From Pseudomonadota bacterium (GTDB taxonomy: Bacteria > Desulfobacterota > WTBG01 > JAGOGO01): 56,441 bases of DNA. The notes beneath the pieces are model-generated. The model saw only the letters and a program-made list of their open reading frames with translations, was not told the DNA's origin and searched no databases. Shown here one piece after another: positions 36,892-45,571 of this stretch. Location: assembly GCA_043798555.1 (NCBI GenBank), contig JAZDOO010000406.1:1-56441 (forward strand), written 5' to 3'. Position 1 is the first letter of the stretch; every line of letters begins with the position of its first letter. The position numbers were made by a program, and so were the translations under genes.

Positions 36892-37989
36892 CTAAGTGAT
36901 TTGTTTCCATTTTTCCCCTTCATTATCGCTCAGTAAAACCGTACCCAACGCCCCGATAACCACAAACTTACCATTGATTACTTTGATGTCCCTCAACCAG
37001 GAAAAGAGGCTAATCCCCTCCGGTTTAAAGAGCTCCCACGTCTTTCCGCCGTCGTTGGTTCTGATGATTGAAGCCGCATTTCCCACCGCATATCCCCGGG
37101 ACCCGGAAACGACGATGCGAAAAAGCGTCTGCTTGGTCGGGCACTCCTGTTGATTCCAGGTATTGCCGCCATCTTCGGTATGCAAAAGGATGCCATTCAG
37201 TCCCGTGATCCAGCCCTCCCGGGTATCCTTGAAGCAGATACCGAACAGGTCATCCTCTACCCCGCTCTCTTTTTTCTGCCACGTACCTCCCCCATCGCTG
37301 GTATGGAAGACATTACCTTCCTCCCCCACAATCCATCCATTTTGGGGGTCAATAAAATAAACATCATTCAAGAGCGGTTCCAGAACCGGCATCCCTTCCT
37401 CAGAAACACTCTCTTCCGCCACCTCTTCGGCGCCAGTATCAGTTTCCGTCTCTTGCAGGGCCTCTTGGTCAATAAAGAACTTCACCTCTTTTTCCGGTTC
37501 TTTTACTTTCTGGGAAATATCCTGCCAGGTTTGCCCCCCATCTTCCGTGGTAAGCAGGGAAGCAAATTTCCCCATGACAAATCCCTTTTGAGCATTGAGG
37601 AATTTCACCCTGGTCAAATGTTCCTTAATCCCGCTCTCCTGCTTTACCCAGGTTTTCCCACCGTCGGACGTATGGAGAATGATACCCTGATCCCCCACTG
37701 CCCAGCCATTGGAGGTGTCCACAAAACTGACTCCTCGCAAAGGAAGAATCGTATTCGTCGTTTGCGGAGCCCATGTCTCTCCCCCATCACTGGTCTTGAT
37801 GAGTAGGCCATAATCCCCTGAAATCCACCCGTTCTTACTGTCCGCAAAGTCAACCCCAAAGAGCTTGTGGCGGTAACCCGCTACTTGAAATGGCCTCGTT
37901 TTTGAAGGGCTTTTATCCGCACAGCCGTAAAAACCAATGCCGATAATGAAACACAGAATACCAAGAGAAAATAACTTTAATTTTTTCAT
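36892..37989 (-). CDS. BNR/Asp-box repeat (Ycf48-like beta-propeller) lipoprotein
   Basis: The lipobox is IGFYGC. S/TxDGGxTW repeats recur: TSDGGETW, TSDGGKTW, TEDGGQTW, TSDGGGTW, TEDGGNTW, TNDGGKTW. Confidence 0.8.
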   Translation of the reverse strand: MKKLKLFSLGILCFIIGIGFYGCADKSPSKTRPFQVAGYRHKLFGVDFADSKNGWISGDYGLLIKTSDGGETWAPQTTNTILPLRGVSFVDTSNGWAVGDQGIILHTSDGGKTWVKQESGIKEHLTRVKFLNAQKGFVMGKFASLLTTEDGGQTWQDISQKVKEPEKEVKFFIDQEALQETETDTGAEEVAEESVSEEGMPVLEPLLNDVYFIDPQNGWIVGEEGNVFHTSDGGGTWQKKESGVEDDLFGICFKDTREGWITGLNGILLHTEDGGNTWNQQECPTKQTLFRIVVSGSRGYAVGNAASIIRTNDGGKTWELFKPEGISLFSWLRDIKVINGKFVVIGALGTVLLSDNEGEKWKQIT

Positions 37990-38103
37990 CCCAAATTTCT
38001 CCTCTCAATGCCACTTTCGACCAAAACTTAATAAAGAATATACTTTATTTTTTTGATTTTCAATACATTTTTTATTAAATATATTTTTAGACAAGCAAGT
38101 AAA

Positions 38104-38115
38104 TATAGATAGTTA
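38104..38115 (+). promoter_or_regulatory. Motif copy TATAGATAGTTA (YATAGATARTYA)
   Basis: One of four related 12-mers in the two promoter regions flanking the two-component system. Confidence 0.3.
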
Positions 38116-38144
38116 GAAGAAAAAAGTGAACTATCCTCCTCAGT

Positions 38145-38156
38145 GAGCATATGCTC
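38145..38156. promoter_or_regulatory. Perfect 12-bp palindrome GAGCATATGCTC
   Basis: Read directly. It lies in the AT-rich hub between the envelope operon and the kinase gene. Confidence 0.3.
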
Positions 38157-38352
38157 GGAAACGATTTTTATCAAAGTTTTTTCTATTTGTCAAATATTTT
38201 CTATACGTAATGTTATTGCAGCATGATTATGTTACCTTCCTTTGATTAACATGCAACCGGTTGAAAACAATATGGTGAATTTACGATAGCCTAAAAACAT
38301 AAACAAAACAACTGGATAACGTTATGAATAAAAATTTATAATTTACGCACGA

Positions 38353-38364
38353 CATAGATAATTA
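38353..38364 (+). promoter_or_regulatory. Motif copy CATAGATAATTA
   Basis: Same motif family and same orientation as the copy at 38104. Confidence 0.3.
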
Positions 38365-38502
38365 ATATACTTTTTAATAGAAAAATAGTGAATCCCTTGT
38401 TCCTATGGTATTTGAAAATTGATTAGATTTATAATTAATAAGTAATTGTATATTTTTTAAGCTTTATTGGGAAGTGAAGTCAGTTTTACAATTATAAACC
38501 TA

Positions 38503-38514
38503 CATAGATAGTTA
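38503..38514 (+). promoter_or_regulatory. Motif copy CATAGATAGTTA
   Basis: It ends 57 nt upstream of the kinase ATG. It matches the copy at 41026..41035 in 10 of 10 core positions. Confidence 0.35.
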
Positions 38515-38570
38515 AAATGAGAGCCTTACCTCTAATGGTATTACCCAATACCACAGGAATGACGTAGAAA

Positions 38571-40160
38571 ATGACGAAGATCATAAATACGCCTAAAAAA
38601 CATAGCCAGAGTAGTAATGTTCGATTGACCACCTCAACTAAGGGATTGCCTGGAGAAGCCAAACCTGGTCATGGAAGAAAGGATGATCCCTTAAAGGGCG
38701 AAGGACTCTACCGAAAACTGGTGGAAACGATGAATGACGGTCTGATTGTCGTAGACCAAAAGGGGGTAATCACTTACGTTAATAACAAATTTTGTGAAAT
38801 ATCAGGATATTCGCGAGGGGAACTTATCGATCATCCTGTAATAGATTTCTTCGAAGATTCTTCTGGAAAGATGCTCATAGAGCAAGGGCTAAGGCTTAGA
38901 AAAGGCGAGAATGTGTCTTACGAAATTACATGGTTGACAAAGGGAGGACACCGGGTTTTTTCTATCCAGTCTTCAGCACCCCTTATGGATGCAAATGGGG
39001 GCTTCAGGGGAAGTTTTGCAGTCGTTACGGATATTACGAAACAAAAAAAAGCGGAGGAAGCACTGAGGGAACGTGAGAAACATTTTCGTTCCCTCCTCCA
39101 AACAGCAGGAAGCGCAATCATTCTTCTCTCACCAGAACGTAAGATCCTCGAATTCAATAAAGAAGCAGAACGCATATACGGATATGAAAAGGAAGAGGTC
39201 TTGGGGAAAGACTATGTTGAATTGGTTTTTCCTGAAGAGGAACGAGAGGTCCAAGCAGAGATTATAGACCGAATCTTAAATGGAGAGGCCCTGAGGGGTT
39301 TTGAGAATGTAGTACGAGCGCGCGATGGAACCGAGCGGGAAATGCTCTGGAATGCTATTCCTTGGTTTGACGCTGAAGGAAGGACTATAGGTTGCATAGG
39401 AATCGGAATCGACATAACGAGGCAAAAGAAGATTGAGAAAGCACTGAGGGAATCGGAAAAGAAGCTTAGACACCTTTCATCTGAACTCCTTAATGCCCAG
39501 GAGAAAGAACGAAAGCGGATTTCTATAGAACTCCACGATGAGCTGGGACAATCTTTGACAACCCTGAAATTGCAGTTACGGGCGATTGAAACAAAATTGG
39601 GTAGGGCGCTCTACCCTTTGAAGAGAGACTGGACAGAAGCATTCCGAAGCCTTGATCAAGTCATCAAAAATACCCGTAACCTTTCTCGCGGTTTAAGTCC
39701 GATTATCCTGGAAGATCTTGGCCTCACGTCCACCCTGAAATGGCTGATAGATGACTTTAGCAGACGGTGTAATATTGAATGCTCAGTTAATCTGATAAAT
39801 CTCGATGATTTTTTTATGCCAGAAGCACAAATTGTCATTTACAGGATCTTTCAAGAATGTCTCGTAAATATTGCCAAGCATGCCAATGCCACTCAGGTAT
39901 CCATTGTAGTCAAAGATAATGGAGATAGCTTTTCTTTCTACATTAAAGACAATGGTAAGGGTTTTGAGATAGAAGAAGTTTCTCAGAGGAATACTAAGGC
40001 AACAGGAATGGGCTTTGTGGTAATGGAGGAGCGAGTAAACATGTTAAGAGGTTGCCTCGAATTAATAAGTCAGAAGGGGTTCGGCACCACGGTAAATATC
40101 AGCCTCCCCAAAATTAGAAAGGAGATTGATAATGCAACCTTATCTTTTGGTACTTGCTGA
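38571..40160 (+). CDS. Cytoplasmic dual-PAS sensor histidine kinase (HisKA_3 / NarX-DegS type)
   Basis: No TM segment. There are two PAS modules (LVETMNDGLIVVDQKGVITYVN... and LLQTAGSAIILLSPERKILEFN...), each ending in DIT.QKK.E. The H-box is ISIELHDELGQSL. The ATPase boxes are NIAKHANA, DNGKGF and GMGFVVMEER. Confidence 0.85.
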   Translation: MTKIINTPKKHSQSSNVRLTTSTKGLPGEAKPGHGRKDDPLKGEGLYRKLVETMNDGLIVVDQKGVITYVNNKFCEISGYSRGELIDHPVIDFFEDSSGKMLIEQGLRLRKGENVSYEITWLTKGGHRVFSIQSSAPLMDANGGFRGSFAVVTDITKQKKAEEALREREKHFRSLLQTAGSAIILLSPERKILEFNKEAERIYGYEKEEVLGKDYVELVFPEEEREVQAEIIDRILNGEALRGFENVVRARDGTEREMLWNAIPWFDAEGRTIGCIGIGIDITRQKKIEKALRESEKKLRHLSSELLNAQEKERKRISIELHDELGQSLTTLKLQLRAIETKLGRALYPLKRDWTEAFRSLDQVIKNTRNLSRGLSPIILEDLGLTSTLKWLIDDFSRRCNIECSVNLINLDDFFMPEAQIVIYRIFQECLVNIAKHANATQVSIVVKDNGDSFSFYIKDNGKGFEIEEVSQRNTKATGMGFVVMEERVNMLRGCLELISQKGFGTTVNISLPKIRKEIDNATLSFGTC

Positions 40161-40791
40161 CGATCACACCATGTTTCGCCAGGGAATCAAGAAAATTATC
40201 GAAACAAGGGATGACCTGAAAATAATTGGTGAAGCAAACGACGGCCTTGAACTTCTCGAACTTTTGAAAAAAGTGAAACCCAACCTGGTTATCCTTGACA
40301 TTTCTATGCCGAACCTTAGAGGCTTAGAAGCGACCCGTGAGATTAAGGTGCGCTATCCTGAAATTAAGATACTCGTACTAACCATGCATAAAAGCAGAGC
40401 GTACCTTCACCATGCGATTTTGGAGGGTGTTGAAGGGTATCTTTTAAAAGAAGATGCCGACACAGAATTTTTTGCCGCAATAAATGCCATTCGACAGGGG
40501 AAAACGTATATTTCACATCTCTTCTCATGTGAATTAATGTCCCTTTTGGCGACAGGGCCTTATGGAAGCGGAGACCAATCTTGCTCTGATCCCCTAACAG
40601 TCAGGGAAAGACAAGTAGTGAAGCTTATTGCAGAAGGAAAATCAAACAAGGAAATTGCCCAATTGCTTTTCGTCAGTGTACGAACGGTTGAACACCATCG
40701 AACCAACGCAATGAGAAAGTTAAATCTCAAGAAAACTGCTGATCTTGTGAAGTACGCCATCCAGGAGGGTTACATTGCCGTTACCACCTAA
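40132..40791 (+). CDS. NarL/FixJ (LuxR-type HTH) response regulator
   Basis: The receiver is LLVLADDH...LVILDISMP. The C-terminus is LTVRERQVVKLIAEGKSNKEIAQLLFVSVRTVEHHRTNAMRKL. The ATG at 40132 sits behind GGAG. It overlaps the kinase 3' end by 29 nt. Confidence 0.85.
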   Translation: MQPYLLVLADDHTMFRQGIKKIIETRDDLKIIGEANDGLELLELLKKVKPNLVILDISMPNLRGLEATREIKVRYPEIKILVLTMHKSRAYLHHAILEGVEGYLLKEDADTEFFAAINAIRQGKTYISHLFSCELMSLLATGPYGSGDQSCSDPLTVRERQVVKLIAEGKSNKEIAQLLFVSVRTVEHHRTNAMRKLNLKKTADLVKYAIQEGYIAVTT

Positions 40792-40824
40792 TCCTCAGGA
40801 TCCCTTTCTTTCACTTTTTCCGCC

Positions 40825-40867
40825 TTTAGGTAGTTTTTCCTATCCCATTTTAGGTAGTATATCCTAT
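40825..40867 (+). repeat. Tandem direct repeat TTTAGGTAGT(T/A)T(T/A)TCCTAT, period 24 bp
   Basis: Copies at 40825..40843 and 40849..40867, identical at 17 of 19 positions. It starts 34 nt after the response-regulator stop and lies upstream of the carboxylase operon. The reverse complement contains TACCTAA, close to the NarL heptamer TACYYMT. Confidence 0.45.
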
Positions 40868-40952
40868 TGCGTTCGACGCCAATTTGGAATTAAATCGCCT
40901 GGTATAAGATTAACAAGGTTTAGCTGTTTATGGATCAAAGCCTTTAAGCCTA

Positions 40953-40969
40953 TGGGAACCGCAATTGCA
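40953..40969 (+). promoter_or_regulatory. Weak sigma54-like -24/-12 element
   Basis: In TGGGAACCGCAATTGCA, reading GGGAAC-N5-TTGCA gives correct GG-N10-GC spacing, about 100 nt upstream of the ATG at 41070. No enhancer-binding protein gene is in the window. Confidence 0.2.
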
Positions 40970-41025
40970 TAATTTCTCAAGTGAAGCTTATCATTTTATG
41001 ACAATGAGCGTGCATCTTATCCATG

Positions 41026-41035
41026 ACTATCTATG
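41026..41035 (-). promoter_or_regulatory. Motif copy CATAGATAGT (inverted orientation)
   Basis: The plus strand reads ACTATCTATG, embedded in ATGACtatctATGAC, 35 nt upstream of the first carboxylase gene. Confidence 0.35.
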
Positions 41036-41069
41036 ACACTACATTTTTTAAAAGAGAGGGATTGGGAAA

Positions 41070-43058
41070 ATGGGGTATACGATAGATGTAGATACTGGCG
41101 GAACCTGCACCGACGGACTTTTTAGCGATGGGAAAAACTTAATTTGGATCAAAGTTGACACTACCCCTCACGATTTGACGATTGCTTTTAACGAGTGCCT
41201 GGAACAGGGGTCTAAAAAGCTCGGCTTTAGTAACCCATCAGAATTTCTCGATCACGTTAATATTATCCGCTGGTCAAGCACAATCGCAATCAATGCCATT
41301 GCCGAAAAGACTGGTCCGAAAGTGGGTCTGTTTGTCTCAAAGGGGTATGAGGAAACCCTTTATACTAGCACCACCTCACCAGCTATCGGTTATCTCGTTG
41401 ATCGGTCCAATATCGCCGGATTACCTCAACCAGTGAATGTTCCTGAATTTTTAAAAATGCTTAAGGAACTATTAGCAAAGGGAGTTCGAAGAATAGTCAT
41501 TTCTCTTAAAAACAGCTTTTACAATAACCGGAATGAGTTAGAAGCCAAAAGTATCATTTCCGAACAATATCCAGAACATTATTTGGGTAGTGTGCCAATT
41601 TTGACCGGAGAGGACATATGTAAGCATCCCGACGATATGACAAGAACCCATGCTGCACTCCTAAACACTTATGTGCATGGACCGATGGCTACCTCGTTAT
41701 TTAGGGAGGAAGACTATTTAAGAAAGAAGGGGTACACTCGGCCTCTCCTCATAGGTCACATTGACGGTGGAGTTGCCAGAGTATCAAAAACCAAGCCTAT
41801 AGACACGATTGAATCGGGACCTATTTTTGGCATCCACGGAAGTGTCTATTTTTCAAAACTCTACGGCTTGGATAGAGTAGTCACCTTGGACGTTGGTGGA
41901 ACCACAAGCAAAACTGGCTGGATTCTTGATGGCAGGCCTATTACTTCTACTGAAAACAGCATTTTTGGCATTCCTTTGAAAATTCCACTGGTTAGCCTGA
42001 GCAGCATTGCTTTAGGAGGAGGCACTGTTGCATTCCTAGAAAGCAAAAAGATAGTCCTTGGTCCCCGGAGTATGGGAGCATACCCCGGTCCTGCTTGCTA
42101 TAATCTGGGGGGCACAGAAGCGACGTTAACAGACGCTTTTGCCATTCTTGGGTACCTGAATCCGGACTACTTTGCTGGTGGAACTAAAAAGCTCGATTCG
42201 GGAAAGGCTGAGTCTGTGGTGCGGGAACGGATTGCCAACCCCCTCAATATAACGCTAGAAAAGTCCGCACAGTTGATTGCCAATGAGTCCTTCGACAAGG
42301 TAGCAAAACTTATCAAAACGAATACCACGCATAGTAGAGAATTACAAGACTACGTGTTATTTGCATTTGGTGGAAACGGTGGACTTTTTGCGTGCTTCGT
42401 GGCTGAAAAACTTGGAGTCGGTAAGGTGTATACCTTTTTTATTGGCCCCGTTTTTAGTGCCTTTGGATCGTCAGCCGCTGAAATTGCTCATAGTTATGAA
42501 TATGCACCATTTTTAGCATTAGCTGAATATAGCAGGTTACAGGAAATCATTGAAAATTTGAGAAACCGTGCTATACGGGATATGGAAGGCGAGGGGCTAA
42601 ACCTGGAAGATGTTAAACTTAGCCTCTCTTTTCTCATCAGTGACGGGATAAACTCCCCTCTTACGATAGAGTCTGAATATCTGAACTTTAACAGCAAGGA
42701 TGACGAGAAAAAAGTCAGAGAACTATTTAATAACAAAGCTCCTTCTAATTACAGCCGTGACAAACTGATCATAGAATTATTAAAAGTAACAGCCAAGCAT
42801 CCCTCCCCCACCCCTGAGCTAACAATTTTTCCTTTGGGAATTGCTGATTCAAAAGACGCCCTAAAAGAAAAGAGAGATGTTTATTGGAGTAACGGTTATT
42901 TTGCAACAAATGTTTATAACTGGGATTTGCTTCACGCTGGCAATGTAGTCAAAGGGCCGGCGATTATCGAAAGTGCTCATACAAATTATGTAATTCCACC
43001 ACTTTGGGAGTTGACGGTGGACGAGCACAAAAATGGAATCATGCAAAAATGGAGGTAG
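41070..43058 (+). CDS. Hydantoinase/oxoprolinase A (HyuA)-family subunit, divergent copy (acetophenone-carboxylase alpha-prime-like position)
   Basis: 662 aa. The N-terminus is TIDVDTGGTCTDGLF, a degenerate version of the DxGGTFTD phosphate-1 motif. The second ASKHA motif is LDVGGTTSK. Confidence 0.75.
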   Translation: MGYTIDVDTGGTCTDGLFSDGKNLIWIKVDTTPHDLTIAFNECLEQGSKKLGFSNPSEFLDHVNIIRWSSTIAINAIAEKTGPKVGLFVSKGYEETLYTSTTSPAIGYLVDRSNIAGLPQPVNVPEFLKMLKELLAKGVRRIVISLKNSFYNNRNELEAKSIISEQYPEHYLGSVPILTGEDICKHPDDMTRTHAALLNTYVHGPMATSLFREEDYLRKKGYTRPLLIGHIDGGVARVSKTKPIDTIESGPIFGIHGSVYFSKLYGLDRVVTLDVGGTTSKTGWILDGRPITSTENSIFGIPLKIPLVSLSSIALGGGTVAFLESKKIVLGPRSMGAYPGPACYNLGGTEATLTDAFAILGYLNPDYFAGGTKKLDSGKAESVVRERIANPLNITLEKSAQLIANESFDKVAKLIKTNTTHSRELQDYVLFAFGGNGGLFACFVAEKLGVGKVYTFFIGPVFSAFGSSAAEIAHSYEYAPFLALAEYSRLQEIIENLRNRAIRDMEGEGLNLEDVKLSLSFLISDGINSPLTIESEYLNFNSKDDEKKVRELFNNKAPSNYSRDKLIIELLKVTAKHPSPTPELTIFPLGIADSKDALKEKRDVYWSNGYFATNVYNWDLLHAGNVVKGPAIIESAHTNYVIPPLWELTVDEHKNGIMQKWR

Positions 43059-43064
43059 AGAGTC

Positions 43065-43439
43065 ATGGGGGAAAGAATACAAGTAACCGAATACTTGGGC
43101 TTGGACCTCGGGGAAGACTTCTGGTTTTGCAGACAATGTAATCATAAATTAATCTCCGCTCGGGAAAACTACAAGAAGGGCTGCCTTGTATATGATCGAG
43201 ACCCAATGGACATTCATCCCCCTCTCATTGATGAAGAGATCAATTTTGCACCAGATCCTGCCTGGATTCGGATCCTGGAATTTTATTGTCCGAAGTGCGG
43301 AACCCAGATAGAAACTGAATATCTCCCACCTGGACATCCGATAACTCATGACCTTGAAATTGATATAGACCGATTAAAAGAACGGTTAAGCAATGGCGAA
43401 TACGTTATTAAAGATAAGAGGATTGAGGTAAGCGAGTGA
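43065..43439 (+). CDS. Acetone/acetophenone-carboxylase small (gamma-type) Zn-ribbon subunit
   Basis: 124 aa with two Cys pairs, CRQCNHKL and CPKCGTQIE. Its position between two HyuA genes and its size of about 14.5 kDa fit the gamma-type subunit. Confidence 0.65.
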   Translation: MGERIQVTEYLGLDLGEDFWFCRQCNHKLISARENYKKGCLVYDRDPMDIHPPLIDEEINFAPDPAWIRILEFYCPKCGTQIETEYLPPGHPITHDLEIDIDRLKERLSNGEYVIKDKRIEVSE

Positions 43440-45559
43440 ATACTTTAGATATAGATGTGGGCGGAACGTTCACCGATGCCGTTTTAAACTTCGATGGAAA
43501 GGTTATGCTTAAAAAGGTTCCAACAACCCCGTATGACCTTTCCGTATGTTTTGTCAATGTCATTGAAGAAGGGGCTAAAGAAATTAACATCACGCTTGAA
43601 AAATTTCTGCCAAGATTAGATGTTATAAGGTATTCCACGACCATTGCTATGAATAGGCTTCTGGAAAGGAAAGGGCCCGCTTTGGGTCTCATTACTACCG
43701 AAGGGCATGAAGATGCGATCCTTATTGGGAAAGGGGCACAGTGGACAGATGGAAAGAGGGTTACGGAAAGGAGGAACCTCGCAGTCCAAGAAAAACCAGT
43801 CCCATTGATTCCCCGGGATATGATAGTAGGAGTCAAAGAAAGAGTAGATTCATTTGGGAAGGTGCTCCGTCCTCTGGATGAAAATGACGTTCGAAGGAAA
43901 GTCTACTATTTGATTGACAAAGGAACCCGAGGCTTTGTTGTTTCCCTCCTTTGGTCTCATATAAATCCCATCCATGAAAAAAGGGTAAAAAAAATCATTA
44001 GAGAAGAATACAAAGAATACTACTTAGGTTATTTGCCAATAGTGTTAGCTCATGAGGTCATAGGTCGATCGGGAGAATACCAAAGAACCATGACCGCTAT
44101 CCTCGATGCTTATCTCCACCGGGCGATGCAGATTGAGCTTTCAGCGATGTGGGATAAATTGCGAGAATATGGTTACGCCGGTCCTTTCATGATGGTTCAT
44201 AATTCTGGGGGAATGGCTGAAGTTTTTAAGACTGATGCTATTCGAACGTACAATGCAGGGCCGGTTTCTGGATTGATAGGATCTTATTACTTGGGCCAAG
44301 AATTAGGGTACCGGAATATAATTGGCACTGATGTGGGTGGAACCAGTTTTGATATCGGTTTGGTTGTCGAGCAGGACGTGAGGAATTATGAATTCAGGCC
44401 AATCATTGATACCTGGATGGTTGGAATAACGATGCTTCAAACTTTTTCAATAGGTGCAGGTGGTGGTTCTATCGCTCGGATTAACGAATCAGCGGGTAAT
44501 ATTTTGGAAGTGGGGCCCCAAAGTGCGGGCTCTTACCCTGGCCCAGTTTCCTATAATCTTGGAGGGTCAGAACCAACAGTAACAGACGCAGACCTGGTTC
44601 TTGGATATATCAATCCGGATTTCTATTACGGGGGAAGGATGCAATTGCATCCAGAGTTGGCTCTGGATGCAATTAAAGAAAAAATCGCTACCCCTTTAGG
44701 GATCGATGTAATCGAAGCCGCATACCTTATAAAAAAGGTAGTAGATAGCAATATGGCATCCGCAATTCGGAAAGAAATCAACTTGCGAGGTTATGACCCT
44801 AAAGAGTTCATCCTTTTCGCCTTTGGGGGTGGAGGGCCGACCCACGTTGCCGGCTATTTGCAAGATATTCCACTGGCTATTATTTTCCCCTTTTCGCCGG
44901 TATTTTCTGCTATAGGTTCTTCCTTTATGGATATCGTTCATATATACGAGTTCTCCCGTCGCTTTATGCTTATGGAACCCATCACAAGAAAATTCGTTGG
45001 AGATTACACGGAATTTAATAACGTAGTGAGAGCGTTAATAGATAGAGCAAAAAAAGAGGTCGAAGGAGAAGGACTCGCAGCAGCTCAGGTTATTTTTAAG
45101 GTTGAATTAGATATGCTTTATGGAGGCCAGGCGCAACGAAAAAGGTCGCTTTCTCCGGTAATATTTATTGAGACCGAGAAAGATGCGGAAGCGATTTATT
45201 ATGAATTTGAAAAGGAGTTTAGCGAAACATTCAGTCCCTTGGTCGTTCATCCTGAGGGCGGAGTGTACATAGAAAACATAGTCCTAAGAGCAACTATCCC
45301 TACAAAAAAAACAAAATTCTCAAAACATCCTGTAGAAAAAGAAGATCCTTCACTTGCCCTAAAAGGTACAAGAAGGGTTTACTGGGGAGACAGGGTCTTC
45401 ACTGAGACAAAAATCTTTGCTCAAGAACTGCTCCGCCCCGGAAACGTAGTGAACGGGCCAGCTATTATCGAGGCCGACTATACAACTATTTCGGTTCCAC
45501 CAGAATTTCTCTTTAGGATAGATGAGTTTAGTTTTGGAAGACTTAATCGAAAATCATAA
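43436..45559 (+). CDS. Hydantoinase/oxoprolinase A (HyuA)-family ATPase subunit
   Basis: 707 aa. Canonical LDIDVGGTFTDAVL and GTDVGGTSFD. The GTG start overlaps the preceding stop (GTGA, 43436..43439). Confidence 0.8.
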   Translation: MNTLDIDVGGTFTDAVLNFDGKVMLKKVPTTPYDLSVCFVNVIEEGAKEINITLEKFLPRLDVIRYSTTIAMNRLLERKGPALGLITTEGHEDAILIGKGAQWTDGKRVTERRNLAVQEKPVPLIPRDMIVGVKERVDSFGKVLRPLDENDVRRKVYYLIDKGTRGFVVSLLWSHINPIHEKRVKKIIREEYKEYYLGYLPIVLAHEVIGRSGEYQRTMTAILDAYLHRAMQIELSAMWDKLREYGYAGPFMMVHNSGGMAEVFKTDAIRTYNAGPVSGLIGSYYLGQELGYRNIIGTDVGGTSFDIGLVVEQDVRNYEFRPIIDTWMVGITMLQTFSIGAGGGSIARINESAGNILEVGPQSAGSYPGPVSYNLGGSEPTVTDADLVLGYINPDFYYGGRMQLHPELALDAIKEKIATPLGIDVIEAAYLIKKVVDSNMASAIRKEINLRGYDPKEFILFAFGGGGPTHVAGYLQDIPLAIIFPFSPVFSAIGSSFMDIVHIYEFSRRFMLMEPITRKFVGDYTEFNNVVRALIDRAKKEVEGEGLAAAQVIFKVELDMLYGGQAQRKRSLSPVIFIETEKDAEAIYYEFEKEFSETFSPLVVHPEGGVYIENIVLRATIPTKKTKFSKHPVEKEDPSLALKGTRRVYWGDRVFTETKIFAQELLRPGNVVNGPAIIEADYTTISVPPEFLFRIDEFSFGRLNRKS

Positions 45560-45571
45560 TGAGGAGCGAAG

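Noticed and set aside
40775-40972. 65-aa plus-strand ORF after the response regulator
   Set aside because: It overlaps the regulator stop, is made of the direct-repeat and promoter sequences, and has no RBS. I interpret it as regulatory DNA.
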